From the IMG/VR virus record IMGVR_UViG_3300031998_000004: a DNA stretch of 64,000 nt; one strand, 5' to 3'. The DNA comes from a virus (lineage: Duplodnaviria > Caudoviricetes). Below the pieces are notes generated by a model. That model made no database searches. It saw only the letters and a list, made by a program, of their open reading frames with translations, and was not told the origin of the DNA. Of the stretch, positions 49,766 to 59,810 are shown piece by piece. How positions within the stretch are numbered: position 1 is the first letter of the stretch; every line of letters starts with the position of its first letter. The translations under genes were made by a program, and so were the position numbers.

Positions 49766-52700
49766 ATGGCATTAAATAACGTAAATAAACCAAAACAAAA
49801 CACTCCAGATTTTGCGAGTGTAACTAATCTTGTTAATAGCTTTGTAAATTCTATACAAAGCCTTGATAAGATAAACAAGAAAAATATTAGAAAAAATGTA
49901 TCCGTACTCAAATCTGTGGTACCGGATATAATTAAATTTGTGAATATTGGTGAACAGTTATCTAATTTAAACGTCCATATTGATCAAACTTCTTTAAATA
50001 ACAATAAAATAGTTTTAGAACATATGACTAAGACTATATCTGTTATGAAAGAAATGAGTGAGTTGAAGGTACCATCAATGATGATATTTTATTACAAATT
50101 AAGTAAGTTTAGAAATCAGCTTGGTAGTATCTTAAATATATTCTTTGGCAAGCACGGAATAATTGATTATTTTAACGCACTAGATTTCACAAATGCATCT
50201 GATAAAAAAGAAGTTGTTGATGAAAAAACACATAAGATTTTTTCATTCAAAAGAAAAAAAACTATTGATTTAAAAAATACAAAGACATCTATAAGTCTAT
50301 TTGAAGAATTAGTAGACTCTACTATCGGTATAGTCAAAAAAACATCTGAACTTGGTATGATGGTCTTTAAGGCTAGTATTGTACAAAGAGCTACTTTACC
50401 GCTATTGAAGAAAATCATACGAAATTATATAGATTTATTAGATAATAGACATCTTAAAAAACTCACACAAGACAGTGAGAAAAATTCTATAATATTTATC
50501 GAACAAAATATTAGAGCAATCTTCAATATTATAAAAACCGTTTCGAGTCTTGACGAAGAAGATGAAAAGAATGCTAAACAAGCCGAAAAGGTAATCCATA
50601 GTGTATTGCTCAATATGATGAAGATAATAAAAGCAATATCTAGATTCTCTGAAAGAATGAAAGCTATAAATATCGAAGACATGAGCAATTCGGTTAAAGC
50701 TATTAAAGGAATTGTTGATAGTATGCTCTTCGTTATTGGTGAAATTCTTCTTCTCGCAATAAGTTCGGTACCTTTAGCCTATGCATTTATGCCTGCTCTC
50801 ATTTCAATAATTATGATAGGAGGGTTTATTAGAACCGTCATGTGGACTGTAAAAAGGATTGGTAGAAGAAGAGATTATTCGCAAACACTTATAGCTGTTC
50901 GTAATATAGAAAAGATAGTAAGATTGATGGTTTTGATGGTGGGCGAAATATTAGTTGCATTTGCAATTATTGCAATGGCTGCACCGTATATAATAATGTA
51001 TTGGAAATCCACAGCTAAAATATTTGCCGTTATAGCATTAGCTATTCTTGCAATTGCTAGACTTGCTAGATTAGTCGAGTGGATAATTCGCTGGGGTGGA
51101 AATAGATTAGAAATGGGTCTTTTCTTGATCATGATACTTATAGGAGATATCCTAATAACATGCGGTGCATTGTTATTGCTTGGCTATATGGGGAAATTAT
51201 TCTTCAAGAATAATATATGGCTGGCTGCAATGGGTATGTTTATCATAGTATCTGGTGTGATAACAGCTATATCCATTCTTGGGTATATGATAATGTTAAT
51301 GATTCCTGGAATAGAAGCTTTCGCTTTAGGTATAAGTCTTATAGCGTTATCTATTTTGGCAATGCTTATAATAGGTAAGGAATTATTACTTCTTACCGAA
51401 TTCGAATTCGATCAAGATGATCGAGAAGCTGTTCGAGAAACAACTAAAACTATTATAGGAGCTTCTATGGATGTGATAGATGCTGTGTTTAATGGGTTTG
51501 ATGAAGAAGGAAATATTATTAAAGAACCAACGGATGATCATGGACGTAAAATAGGATTATTTAGAAAAGTATTTAGATCAATCTTTAAAGGTTCTGCTCT
51601 TATTGTCGAGGCACTCGCAACATCAGTGGTTTTGGTCCTCACAGTAGTATCTGTCACCATGACGCTTATCTTAGGTGCAGAATTACAATTCGTTGCTCAA
51701 TATAAAATTGATAGAAAAACCGTTGAAGAAAATGTTTCAAAAATAATGAATACCGCCGAATATTGTATTTATTCGGTTTTTGAAGATATGTCTACAACAA
51801 GGACAAGAAACACCGATGGTTCATATACAGTAACTCGACATATTCCAAAACGCACTATTATGGCATCTCTTCATCATTTCTTTTCTGGTCTCGCTAATAT
51901 TCTTGAGTTGGTCGTTTCTGTTGGTAAGTTAGCTGTTATCATGATATCAATAGGGTTAATCAGATTAACAGGAGAAACTCTTAAATGGGTAACTAAATTT
52001 GATACAACAGAAGTAAGTAGTGCTGGTGAAAAAGCAGCATCTATCATGAAAGCCGCAAATGCTTGTGTTGAAGTGATATTTAACCCCAATGAAGATGAAG
52101 GAAACGGGAAGAAAAAGAAAACGAGAGTGAATAGAGGTAATCCGAAACGCAAATTATGGAGATTAGTAAAAGAAGTATTTAAGAATATCAGCAATGATAT
52201 GTTCGTGGAGATGGGTAAAACTGGTGTTGTCTTAGCTGCTATTAGTTTGATAGTATTAGTAGCAAAAGAATTAGATTATTTAGCTAAATACACACTTCCC
52301 GAAGATAATACTATTGTTGCTAACGCTCAAAATATTATATCTACTGCAAAAGCATGTGCTGATATTGCTTTTGGTGAAGATATAATAAAAGATAGTAACG
52401 ATGAACTGAATACAAAACTCGAGAAATTTGGTCAGTTTGCAAATTCAGTAGAATCTACAAACAAGGCAATAGTTAGGATATATAATTCGATTAATAATAT
52501 CGATGCTGTTAAACTAGGAAAAGCCGCAAGAATATTGACAGAAGTTCGTGATGGTAAACGAAATTCCTTTATTCGCGATGCTGTTGAGTATATGAAAGAT
52601 ATATCACAAAACAGTTTCGATATTAAAAGATATAATGAAAACGTCCATGCGCTTGACACACTCGTAACTGTATTAGATAAGTTTGTTAAGGTTGGGGAAA

Positions 52701-53146
52701 GAAAAGGATTCATTAAATATAAGGAAGGATTAAAAGACACAGAAAAATTCCTTAAAGTAATAAATGACTCTAATCTAAATAAACTAGAAACTGCATATAA
52801 ATTATTCAAAGAGATAGCAGATATCAGTAAGAGTATTAATGGTAACTTCCAGGGATTGGCTGATACTATTAACTATAAGTTGGTACGGGCGTTGAATAAT
52901 ATAAAATCAACACTCGATCAGTTACAATCTGGTGAGATTACTGTTAAGTCGGAGATAGTGCATTCAACTGATCTTGGTGAAGGCAATAAGAAGGCAAAAT
53001 ATTATAATGCAGAAAAACGAGAATGGACAGAATATGATCCTAGGTGGTCTTTATCCGAAGATCTTCAATATATCAGATTATTATTACAGGGTTCTATTAC
53101 CGCAGAAGATTCAAAACGTGGTGCTGCGGTTCACGATGCAAAATAA
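49766..53146 (+). CDS. Large helical multi-TM protein (tape-measure / ejection-channel candidate)
   Basis: 1126 aa; many central hydrophobic helices flanked by amphipathic regions. Confidence 0.55.
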   Translation: MALNNVNKPKQNTPDFASVTNLVNSFVNSIQSLDKINKKNIRKNVSVLKSVVPDIIKFVNIGEQLSNLNVHIDQTSLNNNKIVLEHMTKTISVMKEMSELKVPSMMIFYYKLSKFRNQLGSILNIFFGKHGIIDYFNALDFTNASDKKEVVDEKTHKIFSFKRKKTIDLKNTKTSISLFEELVDSTIGIVKKTSELGMMVFKASIVQRATLPLLKKIIRNYIDLLDNRHLKKLTQDSEKNSIIFIEQNIRAIFNIIKTVSSLDEEDEKNAKQAEKVIHSVLLNMMKIIKAISRFSERMKAINIEDMSNSVKAIKGIVDSMLFVIGEILLLAISSVPLAYAFMPALISIIMIGGFIRTVMWTVKRIGRRRDYSQTLIAVRNIEKIVRLMVLMVGEILVAFAIIAMAAPYIIMYWKSTAKIFAVIALAILAIARLARLVEWIIRWGGNRLEMGLFLIMILIGDILITCGALLLLGYMGKLFFKNNIWLAAMGMFIIVSGVITAISILGYMIMLMIPGIEAFALGISLIALSILAMLIIGKELLLLTEFEFDQDDREAVRETTKTIIGASMDVIDAVFNGFDEEGNIIKEPTDDHGRKIGLFRKVFRSIFKGSALIVEALATSVVLVLTVVSVTMTLILGAELQFVAQYKIDRKTVEENVSKIMNTAEYCIYSVFEDMSTTRTRNTDGSYTVTRHIPKRTIMASLHHFFSGLANILELVVSVGKLAVIMISIGLIRLTGETLKWVTKFDTTEVSSAGEKAASIMKAANACVEVIFNPNEDEGNGKKKKTRVNRGNPKRKLWRLVKEVFKNISNDMFVEMGKTGVVLAAISLIVLVAKELDYLAKYTLPEDNTIVANAQNIISTAKACADIAFGEDIIKDSNDELNTKLEKFGQFANSVESTNKAIVRIYNSINNIDAVKLGKAARILTEVRDGKRNSFIRDAVEYMKDISQNSFDIKRYNENVHALDTLVTVLDKFVKVGERKGFIKYKEGLKDTEKFLKVINDSNLNKLETAYKLFKEIADISKSINGNFQGLADTINYKLVRALNNIKSTLDQLQSGEITVKSEIVHSTDLGEGNKKAKYYNAEKREWTEYDPRWSLSEDLQYIRLLLQGSITAEDSKRGAAVHDAK

Positions 53147-53212
53147 TTTATGAATATCTTGATAAACCAAACAATTTCATCTATTCTTTAAGCAATAAAC
53201 AAAAGAGAATAG

Positions 53213-53815
53213 ATGAAATTTTTTATAGTAGGGCTTCATGCGAGTGGTAAACAAGAGATACTTGATATTCTCGAGAAACAAGGAGCAAACGTAGGGAGAC
53301 TCTTTTCAAATATTGAAGGAGCGAGTCCAGAAATTTATAATTCATATAATTACGAACTAATGTCCACGACGGATATTAATGAAATGTTTGAAAATAAAGC
53401 ATATATGTTCTTGCAAGAATTGGAGTCGTCTGCAACTACCAAGTCATACAAGTACTACGAGGGTCTTTCCATGTGGACTTATGACAATAACCAGGTCTTT
53501 GCACTCAGCCCCGATCAGTTCATATCTATTCCACAAAAAGCATATAGAAATGATGAAGTGGTCATTATCTGGGTAGATAGTGATAAGCATAATCGGACCA
53601 ACAGATACCATCTCGAAAAACGATCCTACAGCTTTAAGGAACGTGAAGAGATAGAGACACGAGACATCGCGGTCTTTGGACGATCGGTCTACTCCTTACC
53701 TAACTCACATATCATCTACTTCGCAAACGAAGAACCGGGACGCGTCGCCTGCTCGGTACTGACTCTATTACAACACCCCGAATACTTACCATTATACGAA
53801 AAATACTTTGATTAA
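53213..53815 (+). CDS. Guanylate-kinase-like P-loop protein
   Basis: IVGLHASGKQ; Y..MS...I.EMF; KYYEG. Confidence 0.5.
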   Translation: MKFFIVGLHASGKQEILDILEKQGANVGRLFSNIEGASPEIYNSYNYELMSTTDINEMFENKAYMFLQELESSATTKSYKYYEGLSMWTYDNNQVFALSPDQFISIPQKAYRNDEVVIIWVDSDKHNRTNRYHLEKRSYSFKEREEIETRDIAVFGRSVYSLPNSHIIYFANEEPGRVACSVLTLLQHPEYLPLYEKYFD

Positions 53816-53821
53816 ACACAT

Positions 53822-54640
53822 ATGATGAACGGAATGAATTTTGGAATGGATGGCCCTACCGTAACTGGGTGGTGGTATAATCCTTCAACAGGAGATAGAT
53901 TCAACGCAGTTGATACTTACTTCGAAGACAATAACCTTTTGATCAAGACATCTGAAGGTAGATTATTGAATTACAATCAGATACAGAATTATGTTCATGT
54001 CGAGAAACCCGATATGATCCCAGATAAACCCATTTCTAAACTCCCCACAACAACCGAAGACGATATCCCCGCAGAAGTACTCGCAGAGATTGATAACGGT
54101 GAAGATAACGGTGGGATTTTAATTCCTGATGATAATATCTATGGAGTAGGTGGTCCGAAGCTGGGACCAGCTGATGCTCTTGGAAATATCTATCGTGGAA
54201 CTGAACCCGCGGCCAAACCAGCTATTCAGGATTTCGCAATCATCGATCGTGCACTTGCTGGTAAGGACATCCCCAGTCTCAATGCAGACATTACCTGGGA
54301 TCAGTTCCCAAAACGTGAAGTGGAAATGCTTGTAGACGTAATGAATATTTCTGAGGATGAAATAGTACAGTATTATATTAATAAAGTGACTATAGATACT
54401 GTAAAGGACATGGTTGCTGAAGGGATACGATCGTATATATATCATTCTCTTCATGACGATGGATCTAATGGACAGTTCGTGGGTTCTCACGTAAAGGTAA
54501 CCTCAGGTCCTGAACTCGATAGAATGCTTGAAGAAGAAAGGAAGAAACGTGAAGCGGAGGAACAATACAAGCAGGGACTCGTAGTAGACCCCAACAATGT
54601 TCCTAAGGAAAAGAAAACAAAGAAAAAAGTAAATGGCTAA
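53822..54640 (+). CDS. Hypothetical protein
   Basis: 272 aa ORF in + operon. Confidence 0.75.
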   Translation: MMNGMNFGMDGPTVTGWWYNPSTGDRFNAVDTYFEDNNLLIKTSEGRLLNYNQIQNYVHVEKPDMIPDKPISKLPTTTEDDIPAEVLAEIDNGEDNGGILIPDDNIYGVGGPKLGPADALGNIYRGTEPAAKPAIQDFAIIDRALAGKDIPSLNADITWDQFPKREVEMLVDVMNISEDEIVQYYINKVTIDTVKDMVAEGIRSYIYHSLHDDGSNGQFVGSHVKVTSGPELDRMLEEERKKREAEEQYKQGLVVDPNNVPKEKKTKKKVNG

Positions 54641-55184
54641 ACCAGGAGACCCAGATTTTGATCCTTCAGACTTAATTGATAACGAAGAAGACGTTGTTAA
54701 TATCGATACAGACCGTATTGACTCGGAGTCACTTAAAGAAGCCTCGGACCTAGTAGAGAACCTCAAGGATATCTATTCCGATCCTGAGTTCATGAAAGCT
54801 AATCCAAAATTTGCAACGCGTCTCAAAGCTGAAGTCGAAAACTTGAGGATATTGATAAAGATTCGTAAGAGTGACGAAGTCGCACACGATGTCCTCTTGG
54901 GTGCTATTGGTCGTAATAGTGCCAATGCCTCTTTGTACAGATCACTTTCTGATATCCAAAGAACCATTCTCTCAACCACATCTGAACTCACAGATAAGGT
55001 CAAAGACATTAATACTATGTTAAAGAATATCCAACTTGAACTTAACTTCCAACCGGGGCCTAATCCAGAGTCTGGAAAGAGTGGTGGAGAATCACAAGAC
55101 ACCCAACCAGAACAATCAACGTTTCGTGGGTCGAAGGATTTCATCAAACAGATGAGACAAGAGCTTGAAGAAGAAAATGAATAA
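54633..55184 (+). CDS. Probable terminase small subunit (T4 gp16-like)
   Basis: Helical core and C-terminal TFRGSKDFIKQM resembling gp16 VFMGSPTELMEE. Confidence 0.45.
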   Translation: MAKPGDPDFDPSDLIDNEEDVVNIDTDRIDSESLKEASDLVENLKDIYSDPEFMKANPKFATRLKAEVENLRILIKIRKSDEVAHDVLLGAIGRNSANASLYRSLSDIQRTILSTTSELTDKVKDINTMLKNIQLELNFQPGPNPESGKSGGESQDTQPEQSTFRGSKDFIKQMRQELEEENE

Positions 55185-55206
55185 AGGAACCTTTACTGGT
55201 TCCTTT
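55183..55206. terminator. Bidirectional intrinsic terminator
   Basis: AAAGGAACC-6nt-GGTTCCTTT. Confidence 0.7.
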
Positions 55207-55474
55207 CTTTGTCATTCATCATCTTGAATGCTTTTTTTGACCATGGTATAACCGCATACACTATAGCCCAGCAACAGAATGCTATTATAGCACCGTCAAA
55301 GATAAGAGCCCAGAGCGGTACCATACCGGCGAGAATCATTAAGATAAACCAAGCCAGACAACAGCCTATTCCAAAAGCTCCGAGCAGGAGAACACAACCC
55401 AGGAATGTACTACCGGTTTTCGGATTAGTATTGATTTTATCAACAATCTGTTTAATTTTATTCCAAATTTCCAT
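55193..55474 (-). CDS. Two-TM membrane protein
   Basis: Two hydrophobic helices. Confidence 0.7.
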   Translation of the reverse strand: MEIWNKIKQIVDKINTNPKTGSTFLGCVLLLGAFGIGCCLAWFILMILAGMVPLWALIFDGAIIAFCCWAIVYAVIPWSKKAFKMMNDKERNQ

Positions 55475-55642
55475 ATTACTTTCTATCTTGATCGCTGCAA
55501 TAACTATCTTTGTCTTTTACATAATGTCCGGCTTTGCAATAATCATATCCTCCGCGGTAATTTTTGCAGTGGCTACAAACCTCCGGTGTTCTGAGGGATT
55601 TTGCGAGATAATACAATCCCTGTAAAATAAGTGGATTAAACA

Positions 55643-56272
55643 TTACTCAATAGATTTATAATATAGAAGTGTAGGATTGTTCTTATGAACGTCAATACCG
55701 GGGTACTTCTTTAAGAACTCACCAACATCAAACGCATTGGTAATCAAATGATAACCGTGTTTGGTTGGAACTGCTTTCTGAGCGATCCTACCGCGATCAT
55801 CTCGTCTACCACGCAAAGTATTAACAAACTCCGCAACCTTCAAGACATCTTCGTATTCAAAATCATCCAAATCTACAACAAACTGTTTATCGCCAGAGAC
55901 GTATGACTGTCCTGCAGCAGTGGAGTAAACCCCACGGAGTCCAATCCAGTTCTGAGAGACAAAGGTAAGCGAGGTGTCAATCAATGCCTTGTTGGCAACC
56001 TCTTTCAGAGAACGTCTTGTTGGATGAATGTATGCGCGTCCGTTCACCACACCACAGATACCAACGATCTCATCTTTCAACTGTAAGAACTGTTCCTTTG
56101 ACCGGATGACATAGTACTTAACAAGTCTGTTTTTGTTGTTTCCACTTACGTGGTTTCCATCTTTACCCCTCACGAGAATCTGCAAGAAATAGAACTCATC
56201 CTCAGTCAAAGGACGACGTTCATCGAAGAGGTACTCACCTAGGAGTTCAAAGTTGTCTACTAATCCATTCAT
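55643..56272 (-). CDS. Conserved phage protein with AEP-like motifs
   Basis: FVVDLD and PTKHGYHLI resemble AEP motifs I/II. Confidence 0.5.
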   Translation of the reverse strand: MNGLVDNFELLGEYLFDERRPLTEDEFYFLQILVRGKDGNHVSGNNKNRLVKYYVIRSKEQFLQLKDEIVGICGVVNGRAYIHPTRRSLKEVANKALIDTSLTFVSQNWIGLRGVYSTAAGQSYVSGDKQFVVDLDDFEYEDVLKVAEFVNTLRGRRDDRGRIAQKAVPTKHGYHLITNAFDVGEFLKKYPGIDVHKNNPTLLYYKSIE

Positions 56273-56471
56273 AATGACGTCAAATTTTTGTTTTAATAGC
56301 GATTCTCACAAATCCTGATAAATTATATATCCGAAAAATTTCTCGCTTTATTTGAAGTTTTTTCTAAACCATGCATCAAATGTCTTTCTGGTGGAGCGTT
56401 CGTCGATCGGGTACTGTGAAATGGGTTTTTTATTGTGTTTCTTGCTCATAGTTGTATCTGTTTGAATATAT

Positions 56472-56502
56472 ATATATAACAAAAGACTCCACATCATTTA
56501 GT
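56472..56502 (-). promoter_or_regulatory. Candidate phage promoter overlapping hairpin
   Basis: ACTAAA-18nt-TATATAT. Confidence 0.55.
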
Positions 56503-56543
56503 GAAGTCTTATTTGGATTTACAATTTACAAATTGTGAATCTC

Positions 56544-56714
56544 TTACTCTTCAACAACAGTAAGAGTACTGTCAGCGACCTCGAGAACCTCAACAGCTGC
56601 GCTGTCTACGGACTCAACAACGGTCCCATCAACTGCCTTCTGATTGCTACATGTGCAAGCACCTGCAAACATTAACATTGCTGACATAGCAAGAATTGCA
56701 AAAACTTTCTTCAT
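56544..56714 (-). CDS. Small lipoprotein, Bacteroidetes style (56 aa)
   Basis: MKKVFAILAMSAMLMFAGA-CTC..VDSAAVEV..ADST; not in ORF track. Confidence 0.7.
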   Translation of the reverse strand: MKKVFAILAMSAMLMFAGACTCSNQKAVDGTVVESVDSAAVEVLEVADSTLTVVEE

Positions 56715-56729
56715 AATTAAAAAATTTAT

Positions 56730-57248
56730 TTATCTATTTAATATATTGATTGCCTCACGCATCTTTAATTCCGTCAATCCAGTCTCTCCCGGATGACACT
56801 CTTGTGCCGCCTGTAGAAAGTCACAACAACAATGTACAAAGTGTCCCTGTAGTTGGTCTTCTGTGAAATCCTTATCATCATCAAGGATGACATAATTGTC
56901 GCAAGGATGAACCCTCAGGAACAGTTCCACTTCTTCACCACGATCAGGCCACGTCAACACACCATTCTCGTCTTCGTGTGTAAGCGAAGGGGTGATGTCA
57001 AAGTCTGTCGGGATACCAACGGTTTCAAAATATTTCTTCAACTCCATGTCGAGCCTCCAGCTGGAACTCACTACAAGTCTGGCACCGGTCTCCGTAAGTA
57101 TCTGATTCAGTCTCTTAACACATTCAGGATCGAAGCATTCTTCCCACCAGCAGGTAAAAGGCCGCTTGGCTTCGACCTCTCTGATTTTATTAATATACCA
57201 ATCCTCGTGGTTGAGGACTCCGTCTATATCTAGAAATAAATACTTCAT
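56730..57248 (-). CDS. HAD phosphatase (HAD_SAK_2 / RNA-repair-associated type)
   Basis: FLDIDGVLN, VVSSSWR, RG.E, YVILDD. Confidence 0.85.
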   Translation of the reverse strand: MKYLFLDIDGVLNHEDWYINKIREVEAKRPFTCWWEECFDPECVKRLNQILTETGARLVVSSSWRLDMELKKYFETVGIPTDFDITPSLTHEDENGVLTWPDRGEEVELFLRVHPCDNYVILDDDKDFTEDQLQGHFVHCCCDFLQAAQECHPGETGLTELKMREAINILNR

Positions 57249-57496
57249 CTGTACTTCTTATTAAATATTTTTCTCAACCCTTTTCGATGAAAGAGTTTTA
57301 GCCCGTATAATTCTCTTCTGCGTTTACATACAGGACATACAAAGTATTCTATAATATCAGGTTCATAATAATGAGGTTCTAGTTGAATATCACTTTTCTC
57401 CACTTCTAATATACTTCCGCAATGATAACATTTATAGATGTATTTCGGATTTTTCGGGGGAATCTGATCGTTTCTATGTTCTTCTATTACCTTCAT
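57245..57496 (-). CDS. Zinc-ribbon protein
   Basis: CYHC...CPVC. Confidence 0.7.
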   Translation of the reverse strand: MKVIEEHRNDQIPPKNPKYIYKCYHCGSILEVEKSDIQLEPHYYEPDIIEYFVCPVCKRRRELYGLKLFHRKGLRKIFNKKYR

Positions 57497-57500
57497 ATCT

Positions 57501-57869
57501 TTACTTAATTATGTGAAAATCAATGTATTGTCCGAAGTACCACTTCAAAAACTCCTTTTCTCGCTCACCCCAGTAAACCGAACCCTCATCGGTATCCACC
57601 CACGGGAACGCAGACGAGATAGTGAGTGTATTGAGTCGACCCGTGACAATCTCTTCTATATCATATTCCATATCAGGATTACTGAGCATCGCTTTCTGAA
57701 TATTTGAATAGAACTCCGGATACCACTTCCGAGTCTTTAACCAACACTCAATCTCAACGGGTTCTCGACCAACGAGTTTATAATACTTTAAGTTATTCTG
57801 CTGAATAATGTAGATTACTATTGGAGCAACCAATAGGAGTATAAATAATATCCAAAGAAATGTCATCAT
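57501..57869 (-). CDS. Membrane-anchored hypothetical protein
   Basis: N-terminal TM; AFPW.DT.EG..YW. Confidence 0.7.
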   Translation of the reverse strand: MMTFLWILFILLLVAPIVIYIIQQNNLKYYKLVGREPVEIECWLKTRKWYPEFYSNIQKAMLSNPDMEYDIEEIVTGRLNTLTISSAFPWVDTDEGSVYWGEREKEFLKWYFGQYIDFHIIK

Positions 57870-57872
57870 AGC

Positions 57873-58952
57873 TTAACAGTTTTGAATTCCTTTTTTATAT
57901 GCGGCAGCCGCTGCTGGTGTGATTCGCGAAAGCACAGAATTGATTCTGAACTCCTCGAGATTGTATGCATTACAGTAAGACATAGAACTCTTAATTGCAG
58001 ATTCAATCTGTTCTGTCCTTTCCGCGAGCGTACAATCTACCTGGACGACATCAATAATACCTTCACTGTTCTTGAGAGTGGTGTTACCCATGTCTATCTG
58101 TGCTCGTTTAGTAGACATACCCCAGTACTCTTTGAATCGAACTGGATTAGATGTGCCTACCTGAGTGGCGTCACAGAGCACAGGACTAGCACTTTCTTCA
58201 ACCGAACAAAGGAACCGCCCACACATCACCGCATCCGCGCCCAGCGCAAGTGCCTTGCAGATATCTTCACTATCACCTATTCCACCATCAGCAATGAGCT
58301 TCAGGTAGCGTCTACCATTGAACTCAAAGGTGCTCCTGTAGAAGTGGCTTTCTGCAATGAGAGATGCCATTGGATAGTGTACACCCGTCTGTGCAGAAGT
58401 TGTACATACACTACCACCACCGATCCCAAGACGGACCCAATCAGCAAAGTCGTTATATGCGATGGTTGTGATAGTTCGTGGGTTAGCTATATTACCAACC
58501 ATTATCTCGGACCCCGGAGCAATAATATCGAGTCTCTCACGGAGAATCTTGCCTACCGTGATGACATCTTCCATATGACCATTGGCCTGGTCAATACAGA
58601 TTTTAACCGGGCCGAAATTCTTAAAGAATTTAGAAAACTCCGCCAATTCATCAATAAGACGTTTCGTTTCATGAAGACCGAAAGCAACCCAGGTACCTGT
58701 CCTCAAGAGCTCGAGTCTCATACTATAATCAATAGTCCTAGGGTAGATGGCATGAAAGTCTTTATTAAAAAGATCGAAGTTCTGCTCGTCTACCACACAG
58801 TTCATAGGAGAGACAAACACAGGGAGTTTTCCATCGGACATCCTCGCGTTACACTCTTTTGTACGAGAATGAACCTTTGTCTGTTTTGAAGGAATGATAG
58901 CGACCTCACACAGTTCAAGGAGAGGTTCTTGTATGTTTTTGATTATATTCAT
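57873..58952 (-). CDS. IMP dehydrogenase / GMP reductase family protein
   Basis: IDQANG, VGNI, GIGGGSVCTT catalytic Cys loop, IADGGI, ALALGAD.VM.G, YWGMST, SEG. Confidence 0.88.
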   Translation of the reverse strand: MNIIKNIQEPLLELCEVAIIPSKQTKVHSRTKECNARMSDGKLPVFVSPMNCVVDEQNFDLFNKDFHAIYPRTIDYSMRLELLRTGTWVAFGLHETKRLIDELAEFSKFFKNFGPVKICIDQANGHMEDVITVGKILRERLDIIAPGSEIMVGNIANPRTITTIAYNDFADWVRLGIGGGSVCTTSAQTGVHYPMASLIAESHFYRSTFEFNGRRYLKLIADGGIGDSEDICKALALGADAVMCGRFLCSVEESASPVLCDATQVGTSNPVRFKEYWGMSTKRAQIDMGNTTLKNSEGIIDVVQVDCTLAERTEQIESAIKSSMSYCNAYNLEEFRINSVLSRITPAAAAAYKKGIQNC

Positions 58953-58955
58953 ATA

Positions 58956-59399
58956 TTATTCGTTTATAATTCCGTATTCCTTAGCACAATTCCAGTTAAT
59001 CTTAAATACATTATCATGATCAAGTAACCACACGTCAAAACCGAGGATTTTGAACTTATAAGTTATCTTTTTAATCATCTTTTCACCAGTCGCCGTACCT
59101 TGATTGTATGGAGTTATTCCAAATATCTCAGCCGGAAAATCTGTAGTGAATCTACTTACACTTACAGTGTGATTGTCTAGTCCCAGCTTCACATAATAAT
59201 ATATATAAGATACTACATCATTTATAACGGAATCTATTGTTTCTTCAGGAATAAAATCAAGACATTGAAAGTCATCCCGGCTGTACATATAATCTACAGC
59301 GGAATGACCTATATTCTTACTCACACTATCATGCAGATTGAAAATTGTCTGTGCGGTGATAGTAGGAGATTCTATTATATCTTTATCAAAGAGACTCAT
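58956..59399 (-). CDS. MSLF-tag hypothetical protein
   Basis: MSLFDKDIIE. Confidence 0.8.
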   Translation of the reverse strand: MSLFDKDIIESPTITAQTIFNLHDSVSKNIGHSAVDYMYSRDDFQCLDFIPEETIDSVINDVVSYIYYYVKLGLDNHTVSVSRFTTDFPAEIFGITPYNQGTATGEKMIKKITYKFKILGFDVWLLDHDNVFKINWNCAKEYGIINE

Positions 59400-59791
59400 G
59401 CGTCAGTAGAAATTCCACCACCGAGATCTGTCAGTGGACTTGCTACACCGTTCAACGGATTTTCACTATCTCCGTCTTCCGGAAGTCTATATCCACAGAG
59501 ACCAGCGAGCTCGTAACAACGATTATCCAACAGGGTCTTACACGACTCGCGAATAATCAAAAGCACGTCGTTAGGGAGATCAATCTCAAGAGGGAAGTGC
59601 CAGAAGTTAGGGAGCCACCTGAGTTGGTACCCCACAGTCTTGACGAGCGTCGGACTCTCCCGCTTAAATTCAAATCCACTCTGATCCAGGAAGATCTGAA
59701 TCTTCTCTATCTCTGCCGAGAGAGGAATCTCTGTCTTAAAAACATCAAATGCGTGTTTCCTGAGTTTCTTGATTTCGTTTTCTGTCCACAT
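59396..59791 (-). CDS. Hypothetical protein
   Basis: 131 aa ORF in operon. Confidence 0.7.
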   Translation of the reverse strand: MWTENEIKKLRKHAFDVFKTEIPLSAEIEKIQIFLDQSGFEFKRESPTLVKTVGYQLRWLPNFWHFPLEIDLPNDVLLIIRESCKTLLDNRCYELAGLCGYRLPEDGDSENPLNGVASPLTDLGGGISTDA

Positions 59792-59810
59792 ATTATAAAT
59801 TGTTTAATGG

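Noticed and set aside
57882-58889. 335 aa + strand ORF
   Set aside because: Antisense shadow of the IMPDH/GMPR gene with no motifs; the same applies to most short opposite-strand ORFs in the track.
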